Notes under the pieces: generated by a model
The model's database searches: none
Told to the model about the DNA's origin: nothing
Seen by the model: only the letters and a program-made list of their open reading frames with translations
Assembly: GCA_021513695.1 (NCBI GenBank)
Contig: CP084166.1
Coordinates: 480,001-544,000 of the forward strand
Length of the DNA stretch: 64,000 bases
Direction: 5' to 3'
Source of the DNA: Candidatus Heimdallarchaeum aukensis
GTDB taxonomy: Archaea > Asgardarchaeota > Heimdallarchaeia > Heimdallarchaeales > Heimdallarchaeaceae
Part shown: positions 19,044 to 28,391 of the stretch, piece after piece
Layout: every line of letters begins with the position of its first letter
How positions within the stretch are numbered: position 1 is the stretch's first letter
Translations under genes and position numbers: made by a program

Positions 19044-19517
19044 GTGCAAAAGATGAAGAAAAAAATAATCTACAACAATGAAGAATACATAATAGAAGCT
19101 AAAGGAGAAGACGAGATAGTAGTGAATAATAAGACTTTCAAAGTTAACTTAAAAGAGAAAAACAAGAATTTTTTCAATATAGAAATTCAAGGAAAGAAGT
19201 TTATTATAGAAGTAAGAGAAGGAGAATTCTATTTAGACGGAGAGAAAATAGAAAAATTATCAATTAGCCCCTATTTTCCACAATTAAAGAAACAAAAACA
19301 AATGATTAACTCTCAAAAAGAAGTAGTAAAAGCACCTATACCAGGAACTATAACTCAAATACTAGTTAAAGAAGGAGATACAGTAAAAAAAGACCAAGAA
19401 TTATTTATCCTTGAAGCGATGAAAATGAGAAATAGAATCTTAACAACCATTGACAAAGGTGTAGTAAAAAAATCTACGTTAGCGAGAATGAAACTGTATC
19501 TCAAGATCAAAAACTAG
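19044..19517 (+). pseudogene. BCCP second copy, with the C-terminus altered by a 1-nt homopolymer-length difference.
   Basis: Identical to 16347-16838 up to ...DKGVVKK. An A7 tract replaces the A8 tract, so the protein ends ...STLARMKLYLKIKN, replacing the last 18 residues of the biotinyl domain fold. Confidence 0.5.
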
Positions 19518-19769
19518 CTATAATTGAAAATTAAATAAAAAAATAACAAAACAAATTTATTGCAAAAATAATTTAAAATTCGCACAAATATTTGGATACT
19601 TCTTCTTTTTTAAATTCAAATTTTATCAAAAACTTGAAAAGAATGCTAAATAGTCTATTTTTTAAATAAATAGGAAACAAAAAAAGTTTAGACTAAGTGG
19701 TTAGTTTTTGAAGTATAAATGAGGAGAAATAGGAACTGTATAATTTAAAGAAGAATAAAAAAAATAGGA

Positions 19770-20999
19770 CTAATCAACCATAAGTTTGGGAAATTTTGAA
19801 AGTTCCATTAATTTCATGAATTTTTTTCCTTTCTTAAAAATAGTATCTATACATTCAATTATTATATCCAAAAGCTCTTCTACTTTTTCTTTTTTTACAG
19901 GTTTTAGTCCATGAGCAAGTATTGATTCATTTCTCTCTTTTAAAAGGTCTTTCATTTTGTTGGATGAAGAAAACATTTTCCCAAGATCATCATTCAAATC
20001 GTCTAAAACTAGATAACAATCATATAATCCCAACTTTACTTTTGAACCATTACTTTTTCTTTCTTTGAAATAACTTATACGTTGAGAAGAAACTCCTAAC
20101 TTTTCTAATTGCTCTAAGGATATGTCATGGGGAGGTAAATTGTAGGCACTCTTTAATCTATACTGTGCCATAAGTTCTACAGCTCTGTAGAGCCTAGCCA
20201 TTGCATCATCAAACTTTTCTTCTTTTAATCGACGTTTTGCGTTATTTAATAAATCTGCAAGAAAATAAAGGTCTTTCTCTATTTTTTTATCACTTTTATG
20301 TAACAAGTCGCACAAAAATTCTTTATTAAAACTATATTCTTTGCCAAGCTGTTTCATTTTATCAAAAGCTTCTTTATGGTTAAATCTATCCCATAAACTA
20401 AAAGAATCAATTAAATTGTAATAGTATTCTTTTGTTTTGTCTCCGTTTAATAATACTATTTCATCTAAATAATTTCGTGCAGCATTATATCGATAATTAT
20501 TGAAAGATTCTTTCATTCTCCTTAACAATAATTTGTCATATACTGAATAAAGACTTTGCTCGACAATTCTTTCAGTACCTGAAAGAACAACACCATCTTT
20601 TCTTCTGCCTGAAATCAAAGTTAGTTTTTTGTGAAAAAGTACTGCAGCGATAGCTGCACTCATAGTCATTGTTTTTGTTCCAGAAGTATAGTCAATTATT
20701 ATTTCAGAATTGGAATACTTGTATATCTCATTCTGAATTAGTTGAAAACAACTATCAAAATCATCAATAGAAGTAAATTGAATAAATTCGTAAGAAGACA
20801 ATTCCTTGTTATACTGTGATTTATGTTGCCTTTCTATCTCCTTTATTGTTTTACGACTGTCTTCAGAACCAAAAAAAACAATATGATCAGGTTTATAGTG
20901 TTCAATACAAACTAGCAGTCCATGAGCTAAACTCTCAATTTTCTTGTCAACGTCCTCCCCTATTGCAGTTCCTACAGTCATAAAAAGAATACGTTTCAT
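19770..20999 (-). CDS. csx1: Csx1/Csm6-family CARF-HEPN ribonuclease (type III CRISPR ancillary effector).
   Basis: N-terminal CARF: MKRILFMTVGTAIG... and IIDYTSGTKTMTMSA (the D-x-T-x-G-T-K-x-M motif). C-terminal HEPN R-x6-H: RNESILAH. 409 aa. Confidence 0.7.
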   Translation of the reverse strand: MKRILFMTVGTAIGEDVDKKIESLAHGLLVCIEHYKPDHIVFFGSEDSRKTIKEIERQHKSQYNKELSSYEFIQFTSIDDFDSCFQLIQNEIYKYSNSEIIIDYTSGTKTMTMSAAIAAVLFHKKLTLISGRRKDGVVLSGTERIVEQSLYSVYDKLLLRRMKESFNNYRYNAARNYLDEIVLLNGDKTKEYYYNLIDSFSLWDRFNHKEAFDKMKQLGKEYSFNKEFLCDLLHKSDKKIEKDLYFLADLLNNAKRRLKEEKFDDAMARLYRAVELMAQYRLKSAYNLPPHDISLEQLEKLGVSSQRISYFKERKSNGSKVKLGLYDCYLVLDDLNDDLGKMFSSSNKMKDLLKERNESILAHGLKPVKKEKVEELLDIIIECIDTIFKKGKKFMKLMELSKFPKLMVD

Positions 21000-21111
21000 G
21001 GTAAACCACTAACTAACTTTTAAAATAATTAAATCAAAATTTTTAAGCGTTACTAAAAACAAATATGTAAATAAAGCAATTACAAGGTAAAAATCCGTCA
21101 TCTTACTCAAC

Positions 21112-21690
21112 TTAAATTACTTTGAAACGGCCATAACCTAATGCAGTTTTTGCACCTAGTCCATGAATTTTCAATATGCCTGGCAGTAAGCTATTAATAA
21201 AATTCAAGTCTTCATCCATTTCAGTATAGTTTCTCTTTGGTAATAGCACAATTTGAAACTCTTGTTCAACATCAACAGCAAGAAACGGAATAGGAATAGG
21301 CTTCATCCAATCTCCTGGTGCTTCTTTTTCCAAATAATATTGTGAATAATGAGGAGTAATAATTTCTCCTTTTAATCTTGGAAATTTAGTTGGTAACATG
21401 TCTAAAAATATCATAGAACCAACTTCATTTGAGAGAGTTTTTTGATTTTCTTCTTTTGATAAAGAACCAAAAATTCTCTTTATTTGTTTTTTTTCGTTAT
21501 CGTCGTCCATTAGATCTATTATATAATCACGGATAGCACCTTTCAACGAGCTACCAGGTAGAAAAGGAACACCTAATGTATAGTGCCACAGAAAACCCAC
21601 TTCAATTGGATGTGGAAGACCAACACCTGTAATAAATGGAGTCAAAGTTCTAACATAAATAATTCTTCCATTTCGCTGTTCAGACAACAA
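21112..21690 (-). CDS. cmr6: Cmr6 (Cas7-group RAMP). The frame is actually open upstream to 21933.
   Basis: RAMP signatures: PFITGVGLPHP, FLPGSSLKGAIRDY and a C-terminal G-rich loop HGLGAKTALGYGRF. The ORF track starts at a TTG. The same frame stays open for 81 more codons up to the in-frame stop at 21934-21936, which overlaps the cmr5 stop. No ATG/GTG/TTG occurs in that extension. Confidence 0.6.
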   Translation of the reverse strand: MLSEQRNGRIIYVRTLTPFITGVGLPHPIEVGFLWHYTLGVPFLPGSSLKGAIRDYIIDLMDDDNEKKQIKRIFGSLSKEENQKTLSNEVGSMIFLDMLPTKFPRLKGEIITPHYSQYYLEKEAPGDWMKPIPIPFLAVDVEQEFQIVLLPKRNYTEMDEDLNFINSLLPGILKIHGLGAKTALGYGRFKVI

Positions 21691-21926
21691 TAGTCTATGC
21701 TCAATGCATCTCTTAAGTAAAAAATTTTCATGTTTTACTTCATTATCAGTAAGTTTAGTAAAATGTTCAATCCATTTTTTCTTTCCCTCACTTATATATT
21801 CGATGTAATTATTTTTTTTCCACTTGTCAAAAAATTTTGAGTAGACTAAACCCTTGTTTGCACATTTATAGTTTTCATAGAAAAAGTTTTGTTCATTAAA
21901 CTTATGTCCTTTATAGATTACATTAG

Positions 21927-22223
21927 TCAGTTTTCATTCACCTCAACCTTGGCTTGAGCTAGTTTTTTTAGCCATCCAAGGAACTCTAAAGTTTCTATCT
22001 GTGCAAGAATATACTCATCTTGTGTTGCATTTGTAATGTTATAAATTAAATCATTAGAATCTGTAAAAATATTCACCTTTTTTAACCATGTTTCTATAAT
22101 ATCAACAATTTTTTTATGGGCCTTTTTATCGCCATTATCGGGTTTAGGAGTTGCACTTGCTAGTTCCATTGCAATGGCTTGTCCAAGACCATTCATTACA
22201 ATTGTAGCTGGTAAACTTTTCAC
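21927..22223 (-). CDS. cmr5: Cmr5 (Cas11 small subunit).
   Basis: 98-aa helical protein between cmr4 and cmr6. It carries an NGLGQAIAMELAS-type motif resembling the Cmr5 GLG region. The call rests on position and size. Confidence 0.5.
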   Translation of the reverse strand: MKSLPATIVMNGLGQAIAMELASATPKPDNGDKKAHKKIVDIIETWLKKVNIFTDSNDLIYNITNATQDEYILAQIETLEFLGWLKKLAQAKVEVNEN

Positions 22224-22327
22224 ATAACTTAAAAAGCTTGAATTGTTTATTTCGTCATCATCAATTACTTCATTTATTGATGCTAAAGCAAATTTAGCCC
22301 TATCGTTATCTGATAAAAACTCCAGAT

Positions 22328-23275
22328 TTATTCACCTCCTTTATCTGCATCAATTTTATCTATATGATGAATGATTTTTTCTGCATAATCCAGTTTTACA
22401 TGAAACCAACCTTGACCAACAGTTTCATTTCCTCCGATCTGGAGAAAACAACTATTAGTTAATAAATTGTCCAAAAAATCAATTCCATCTTCCTCAGAAA
22501 AAACTAAGCAATACATTAGAGTATCAGAGGAAATGTACTCTTCGTACCACAAATTTCTGCTTGACTTTGTCTCTGAATTTAATATATTCCTTGCTCGTAT
22601 TTCTAACCCAAAATTTGCGAACCATTTAAAATCATCATTATGAAGTATAACAAGCTGGTCTTTTAGTCTGTTCCTTACATCATCATCGGGTATCATAGCT
22701 GATAATAAATTAGCCAAATTGTCTATACCTTCACTTTCTTCTTTTTCAAATTGCCGTTCTTCAAGAAAAATATATTGTTCATTCACACAAGATAGAGTTT
22801 TTCCTCTTGTCACTTCGGGAATTGTAAATGAATATTTTATTCCTAAGCGTTTTAGGTCTCTTTTCAGTCTTTCTAATATATATGGACAAGTAATCCATCT
22901 ATAATTCGTCAATAAACTTCGTACTGGTAGCAATAGTAAGCGTGCATCAGAAATTAATAATTTTCCAGCAGAATCAGAACTTCCAAAGTACTTATCAACC
23001 TTTTTATTTGTTATATTAGAATTAACACCAACATTCTCATTAGCTAAACCACGCAGTGAGCCTTTTAAACTAGTGCTTGGTATGAAAGGATAACTTGTAA
23101 TTGTTTCACGAGCTACGGGACAATCTACTATTGATGTAGGATGTCCAGTTCCTGTATGAACAAATGTTTCAGCCAACATTTTCATTATTTTCCCTTTTAA
23201 ATTCGACTTCTTTTCATTTTGTTCCATATTAATCACCTCTTTCCCATTTTCCAAAAAGAAATTGTCCAAATCCAA
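22328..23275 (-). CDS. cmr4: Cmr4 (Cas7 backbone RAMP).
   Basis: FIPSTSLKGSLRGL and a C-terminal G-rich loop QIGGNETVGQGWF. 315 aa from the longest start. The true start is probably an internal Met (MEQNEKK or MKMLAETF), because the longest start overlaps the cmr3 3' end by 47 nt. Confidence 0.7.
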   Translation of the reverse strand: MDLDNFFLENGKEVINMEQNEKKSNLKGKIMKMLAETFVHTGTGHPTSIVDCPVARETITSYPFIPSTSLKGSLRGLANENVGVNSNITNKKVDKYFGSSDSAGKLLISDARLLLLPVRSLLTNYRWITCPYILERLKRDLKRLGIKYSFTIPEVTRGKTLSCVNEQYIFLEERQFEKEESEGIDNLANLLSAMIPDDDVRNRLKDQLVILHNDDFKWFANFGLEIRARNILNSETKSSRNLWYEEYISSDTLMYCLVFSEEDGIDFLDNLLTNSCFLQIGGNETVGQGWFHVKLDYAEKIIHHIDKIDADKGGE

Positions 23276-24389
23276 ATTCAGTTAATTTACCTATTTTATT
23301 GGAAACCAATCTTTTTAATGAAGATGTATTTTTTTCATCAAAAAAGAATGTAGACCCTGGAGGAATAAAAGGTCTGACTTCTAGAGGTTCTTTTTTTACT
23401 GCATTCCATCCTCCAATGCGAAGAATATCACCAATGTTAGCACCTATAACCTCAGAACCAAACTTTTTTGACAAAAATGTCATAACTTCATCTAGAGAAT
23501 CTCCTAAATATGCAGGAGTAATAAATGTAATTGTAAAATTATCAGAAACTGTTGAAATAGGGGGTATTTTATCAATTACTGGGAATTCTATTTCCTTGTA
23601 ACTAATATTAGCTATCTTTCCTTCTCCACCTATACGGTTACACCAATTTTCAATTGAGTCAAGTAAATCAATACCATTGACTTTCATACAAAGTACAATA
23701 TTTTCTAACCTTATCATTTGACGCGAAAATAAATTTCCAGTAACTGCAGTATTGGTTGTAGGATCTATTTCAATACCAATCTCATTTTCTTTTTGCCATA
23801 ATTTATTCTCAGAGAGAAAACGAACATTTTTAAGACTTTCAGAAGAAAAGGACAATAATCTTTCTAGATCATCAAATTTAACATAATAATTTTGTAATGT
23901 TTTATAACCATAATTACCACTTCTTCTTGGAAGTAAAATACTCTTTCTATCATGTTTGTCTTTACTTATACTTGACAAATACTTTTGTTTAGAAGGAATT
24001 AAATAATCCAGATCTACAATCTCTTCGTTTTTTTGAGAGGAAATGTGTCCAATTATATGTAAAGGAACAGGAAATAAAGGATGAAATTGATTATCCTCTT
24101 TTAATAATAAGTAAGGACCAAAAAAGTCTAAAGGCCCAAGATCGGTACCATCACCCAATTTACTAATTATATTTTCATCCCATTTACTGCTTCCATCCCA
24201 TCCATAATATCGAGCTAGTAAGGATCTTATTAGTCCAGTAATTGAAAATGGAGATGGTGGAAAAACACTTTTAACAAAATCTGACGAACTATCACTTTTA
24301 TAGAAAGAATAGTTTCCTCTAAAAAACAACCTATCTAAAGGTTCAATTATGAAACACTGTTCCTTAGCCATTTTTATTACCAACCCCAT
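23229..24389 (-). CDS. cmr3: Cmr3 (Cas5-group RAMP).
   Basis: The N-terminus FIIEPLDRLFFRGNYSF matches the Cmr3 IxPLDPLFFRDG signature. 386 aa. Lies between cas10 and cmr4. Confidence 0.7.
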   Translation of the reverse strand: MGLVIKMAKEQCFIIEPLDRLFFRGNYSFYKSDSSSDFVKSVFPPSPFSITGLIRSLLARYYGWDGSSKWDENIISKLGDGTDLGPLDFFGPYLLLKEDNQFHPLFPVPLHIIGHISSQKNEEIVDLDYLIPSKQKYLSSISKDKHDRKSILLPRRSGNYGYKTLQNYYVKFDDLERLLSFSSESLKNVRFLSENKLWQKENEIGIEIDPTTNTAVTGNLFSRQMIRLENIVLCMKVNGIDLLDSIENWCNRIGGEGKIANISYKEIEFPVIDKIPPISTVSDNFTITFITPAYLGDSLDEVMTFLSKKFGSEVIGANIGDILRIGGWNAVKKEPLEVRPFIPPGSTFFFDEKNTSSLKRLVSNKIGKLTEFGFGQFLFGKWERGD

Positions 24390-26373
24390 GTTGATAAAGA
24401 AATTTTATAATATCAAGAAAACTTATAAAAAACTCATTTTCAGAGCTTTCAGGTATATACTCATTATTCTCATCTAATACTCTATATGACCGCTTCATTA
24501 GTTTAATCAATAAGCAAATAGTGGAATCTAATTTTTCGTTATTTAATTTTCTGTTTTCATGAGTAACAAATTCAGATTTTAATACTGTACTCAAATCTTT
24601 TCCAAAATCAGATATCTTTACAACATTTAGAGATTTACTTATTTCTTTATTTTCGTTTAATTTTCTAAAGACATTTCTAATTCTATACAATGCTCCTATC
24701 GAAAGATCGACATTAGAATCATAAAATAATTCAGAAATAAATTTCTCAAAATCATATCCATTTTTCTCAATAGAAGAAATAACGTCAAAAGTTGTTACAT
24801 ATTGATATTCTTTAGTTCCTCCTTTTAATAATGAAATTGCAATACTAGATCGACCATTATAATCTTTTGCAACTTCATCCAAAAGATAATGAGCTTTTTT
24901 CAAGACATCTTGTAAAGGATCATTAAAATGAGCGAAAACAATTCCTGCGGACATTGTTGCTTTTTTAGCATGCTTATCCATTTCTTCAACAAATCTATTA
25001 TTAATTGAAATTGCACATGAAATAACTTTATTTATTGGAACAAAAGCTAGAACATCGTCACCTCCAGCGTAAACAAGTACTCCATTATAATTTCTTACAA
25101 TTTCTTCTACTTCAATTGCAAATTTGGCAAGAATCTTACTAACTTTTTTTATAGCTTCTTTTTCTCCTTTTTCTTTCAATTTTTTGATAACATCACCTAT
25201 TTTATCACCATCCATTATCAGAACAGAGTAATAAGGTGATGGTATTATTTCACACTTATCGTAAATATTATCAACAAGATTTTTAGAAAGTTTTTTTCGA
25301 TATTCTTCGTATTCGGATGGAAACATAATTTTATTCTCATTTTTTAATAAGTCAGTATAATAAAGTTGAGCATCTAACTGAAAGAAAGGTTTGATTGCCT
25401 TTGCATCTTCTGATGCTCCTTCTTTATTGAAATTAAAATCAAACCATTGAGTAACATTAGGTCTTTTCAAATGTGATAAATCTTTGACTTTTTTAGCAAA
25501 ACTAATCAAAGATTTTCTCAATTCTAAATCTGTAGCAGCTTTTTCTTCTAACATGAACAACCAAGGTAAAGCTGCAATATAAACCGTTGAGGGCCAGTTT
25601 AGTATAGTTTTGCTTTTTAGAATTTCTTCTGAACATAAAGGAAACAATCGTTTTATTAATGCAATAGAAGAAAGCCTTTCATCATCTTTTAGTACGTATT
25701 TTAAAATATTTTTTCTAACTCGTTCCCAAAATGCATCTTGCTTATCTTTTTCACTTGTACTTTTTCCTCTGATAAAACCCGATAATTCTTGCCAATTTCC
25801 CATCATTTTACAACGATCACCCTTCTCAACAGGGAAAGAAAAAGGTGACCAAAGTTTAAAGTTAGAGAAATATTTTATTTCTTCTTCATTTTCTACTATT
25901 AACCATCGTATATTCCAAAAATTACTAGTTTGTCTAGCCCAAATCTTCTTTACTTCTGGATATTGTTTTTCTAGACTTGAAAAATATCTATCCCAAATCG
26001 TATCACAAATCCTCAACCATTCATTTCTAACAACAATTTCTGCTTTTTTAGCTAATTGAAAAGGATCTTTGCTTTTAGTTTTTATCACAGCTTGGTTTGG
26101 AATTGAACCTACTTTTGGGACTCCTTCAAGACCTTTGGTTTCATTCTTATCTGATTTTTCTTTTAAAGCATTTATAAAGGAATAAAATTCATTTCCATCT
26201 AGATTAGGCGATTCTATTGTTCCTCCAGAAATCATAAATTCATGCAATGCAACCCCAGTTAAGTAAGAAAGCAAATAAGAACCTACCCATAAATCTTGAG
26301 TCTTTCTAGCTTGTGCAATAAAAGACTGAACTGGGCCTATGGAAAAAATAATTGTAGTCTCATTAGTATCCAT
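24364..26373 (-). CDS. cmr2: Cas10/Cmr2 lacking the N-terminal HD nuclease domain, with an intact GGDD cyclase (Palm) motif.
   Basis: The N-terminus IIFSIGPVQSFIAQARKTQDLWVGSYLLSYL is the typical Cmr2 D1-domain start. VLVYAGGDDVLAFVP provides GGDD. 669 aa, which corresponds to Cas10 minus the ~200-aa HD domain. Confidence 0.8.
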   Translation of the reverse strand: MDTNETTIIFSIGPVQSFIAQARKTQDLWVGSYLLSYLTGVALHEFMISGGTIESPNLDGNEFYSFINALKEKSDKNETKGLEGVPKVGSIPNQAVIKTKSKDPFQLAKKAEIVVRNEWLRICDTIWDRYFSSLEKQYPEVKKIWARQTSNFWNIRWLIVENEEEIKYFSNFKLWSPFSFPVEKGDRCKMMGNWQELSGFIRGKSTSEKDKQDAFWERVRKNILKYVLKDDERLSSIALIKRLFPLCSEEILKSKTILNWPSTVYIAALPWLFMLEEKAATDLELRKSLISFAKKVKDLSHLKRPNVTQWFDFNFNKEGASEDAKAIKPFFQLDAQLYYTDLLKNENKIMFPSEYEEYRKKLSKNLVDNIYDKCEIIPSPYYSVLIMDGDKIGDVIKKLKEKGEKEAIKKVSKILAKFAIEVEEIVRNYNGVLVYAGGDDVLAFVPINKVISCAISINNRFVEEMDKHAKKATMSAGIVFAHFNDPLQDVLKKAHYLLDEVAKDYNGRSSIAISLLKGGTKEYQYVTTFDVISSIEKNGYDFEKFISELFYDSNVDLSIGALYRIRNVFRKLNENKEISKSLNVVKISDFGKDLSTVLKSEFVTHENRKLNNEKLDSTICLLIKLMKRSYRVLDENNEYIPESSENEFFISFLDIIKFLYQHGVGNKNG

Positions 26374-27569
26374 TATATCTCCTCTTTACAATCAAATCTA
26401 TCAAAAAATGAATCTAAAAACGACCAATTTACTGCTAAAGGGACTTCTGTTGAATTTACTATTTTTTTTACTGTTCTATTACGAATTCTGTGTTGTTTTG
26501 TTGCTATAATTTTGAGTTTATTGTTCTGTAAAAATTTGGATTTTAATATCAAACCTATTGCAGCATAATGCTGTTGAACTTTAATGATTTTTATGAAAAG
26601 CGGGCTTGCTCTTCTAGTTGCACTATTTGAAAATGGTGATATCATTACACTTGTTTTATTGCTCTGAAAATAATAATTATGAGGTAAGCCAAAAATAATA
26701 CGTTCAGGATGCTCTTCAATTTTATTTTTATTAGTAAAATCAAGCATTAGATCATGATCTCTCTTAAAGTTTCTCTCAGCTCTTATTCCTCCTGGTAGTT
26801 CTCCACTATCCCCATAACTTCTATATTTTAATAACTCAAATCCAATAGAATTTAACAATTTATTAACATCACTGTCAATTTTTAATAAACAAGCCCTAGA
26901 ATACCTTGAAAAACGGGAATACAGTAAATCATTAATTTGTATCTGGTCTTCTTCTTTAAATTCAGCAAGAAAGTTCTCAATATTAATTTTTAAATCTTTT
27001 ACATTCTTTGATTGGATATATTCTAGCTCATCACCATTTTTTATCTCTTCAATATGAAATGATCCTAACCCTCGTCTAGATCTTGCGCCTATACCTCCAA
27101 AATAACTGAGAGCTATTAGAGCTTTAATAATAGAATTTTTAATGGATTTTTTACATTTTTTATTCAAATTTCTAAAGTAGATATTTATTTTTCCATTAAC
27201 AGGTGGTAAAACATATTCCTTAATATCATCTTTATGTTTTTTAATACCATATGTTAAATAACTTAATCCATATTCATTTTTTCCATATCCTTTAAAATGA
27301 CCCTTTTTGAAGTAATCTACCTCTGCATTTAATATCACCTTAGATTTACCAACGGACTTATCTGTGCTACTGAAAATCATAGTTTCATTACGATATAATT
27401 CATCTATAGTTTTTAGCTTAAAGTATTTCCAAGCTATCGCTCGCCACCAGAATCTTAAAGCCCCTTTAAAACTAGAAAGTCTAAATTCTGCTTTAGACTG
27501 ATCATAGCCGCGTAAAAATAGAGGAGTAACTATTTCAAACTTAACTGAAATATGTTCATACTCTTTCAC
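26373..27569 (-). CDS. cmr1: Cmr1 (RAMP).
   Basis: LSSFKGALRFWWRA matches the Cmr1 S-x-KG-x-LRFWFRA motif. G-rich loop GGIGARSRRGLGSF. The stop overlaps the cas10 start (TAATG-type coupling). Confidence 0.7.
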   Translation of the reverse strand: MKEYEHISVKFEIVTPLFLRGYDQSKAEFRLSSFKGALRFWWRAIAWKYFKLKTIDELYRNETMIFSSTDKSVGKSKVILNAEVDYFKKGHFKGYGKNEYGLSYLTYGIKKHKDDIKEYVLPPVNGKINIYFRNLNKKCKKSIKNSIIKALIALSYFGGIGARSRRGLGSFHIEEIKNGDELEYIQSKNVKDLKINIENFLAEFKEEDQIQINDLLYSRFSRYSRACLLKIDSDVNKLLNSIGFELLKYRSYGDSGELPGGIRAERNFKRDHDLMLDFTNKNKIEEHPERIIFGLPHNYYFQSNKTSVMISPFSNSATRRASPLFIKIIKVQQHYAAIGLILKSKFLQNNKLKIIATKQHRIRNRTVKKIVNSTEVPLAVNWSFLDSFFDRFDCKEEI

Positions 27570-27836
27570 AATTATGACACCGTCAGCAATACAATTATTA
27601 TTTTATCTATTGTTTTTTATTTATAAGTTTAGTCTAATATTTTAAACAAAGTGTAATTTTAAATTTAAAATTTAAAAAAGCAATTATTTATTTATGATAG
27701 TCCTCATTACGTTTTATTTTTAGTAAAAATAGTTGTTTTAGTTAATCTTTTTTAAATGTAAAAGATAAATACTAATTTTTTCTATTAAATGGTTTAAATA
27801 CTTTTTTAAAGAAAGTATTACCTAATACATATAATT

Positions 27837-28391
27837 ATGTGTGAGCTAGTATATGTAACATTAGCTGGTTCTTCTAAAAAAGCTATTGTAAACTCAATAT
27901 ATTTTACAGTAAAAGAATTTATTAAAAAAAATATTAAATCAGTTGAAAAATTGTCAATTTTGATAATAAAATCAAATACAAGTCCAATAAAAAAAGAGTC
28001 TATAAAAACTTCTATAACAGAATATTTTAGTCTATCAAAAGAATTATCGGATATCAAAATTGAATTTTTCGAAGAAAAAGTAGTTCCAGAGCATATGTTA
28101 ATAGATATTTTTAAAGAGATTCAAAATGAACTTGTTCCTTTTTTAGACAATAATCAAAATAAGCTAATTATTGTAGATTTGACCGCATCAAGAAAAATAA
28201 TGTCGATAGGTCTCACTCTAAGTATTATTGAGTATTGGAAAAAGAAAAAAAACAACAATGTTTTTGTGTCCTATTACTTACTTAAGAAATTTTACGACAA
28301 TAAAGAGAAAATAACTATAGAATTATTTCCTGATGAATTCTCCGTTGAAATATGGTCTATCAAAGATTTAGAGGTGATCTTTAGTGAATGA
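27837..28391 (+). CDS. Small stand-alone CARF-like protein (candidate cyclic-oligoadenylate sensor or ring nuclease), transcribed divergently from cmr1.
   Basis: 184 aa. Begins ELVYVTLAGSS (CARF-like strand-1 motif) and contains LIIVDLTASRKIMSIGL, resembling the CARF D-x-T-x-G-x-K-x-M core. The call is based on motif reading only. Confidence 0.4.
   Translation: MCELVYVTLAGSSKKAIVNSIYFTVKEFIKKNIKSVEKLSILIIKSNTSPIKKESIKTSITEYFSLSKELSDIKIEFFEEKVVPEHMLIDIFKEIQNELVPFLDNNQNKLIIVDLTASRKIMSIGLTLSIIEYWKKKKNNNVFVSYYLLKKFYDNKEKITIELFPDEFSVEIWSIKDLEVIFSE

Larger units (their letters stand above)
14995..20388 (+). repeat. Direct tandem duplication, 2 x ~2697 bp (about 14995-17692 and about 17693-20388). 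It covers the PPTase domain, the hydrolase, BCCP, the intergenic region and the 3' half of csx1.
   Basis: Offsets are 2696 or 2697 throughout (15573 to 18270; 17074 to 19770). The copies differ at only two sites: an A13 run at 15549-15561 versus AAAAATAAAAAAAA at 18245-18258, and an A8 run (about 16769) versus A7 (about 19447). Junction has the microhomology cta. Confidence 0.9.

Noticed and set aside
22719-23601. Small plus-strand ORFs (22719-22904, 23299-23601) within cmr4/cmr3.
   Set aside because: Antisense to RAMP genes, with no support.
25610-26568. Plus-strand ORFs 25610-26059 and 26296-26568 overlapping cas10/cmr1.
   Set aside because: Antisense to well-supported Cmr genes, with no motifs.
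27570-27836. Searched the cmr1 upstream/divergent region, and all other intergenic regions (16839-17073, 34302-34531, 35230-35861, 53618-53959), for a CRISPR array.
   Set aside because: No regularly spaced direct repeats of 24-40 bp were seen, only AT-rich promoter-like sequence.
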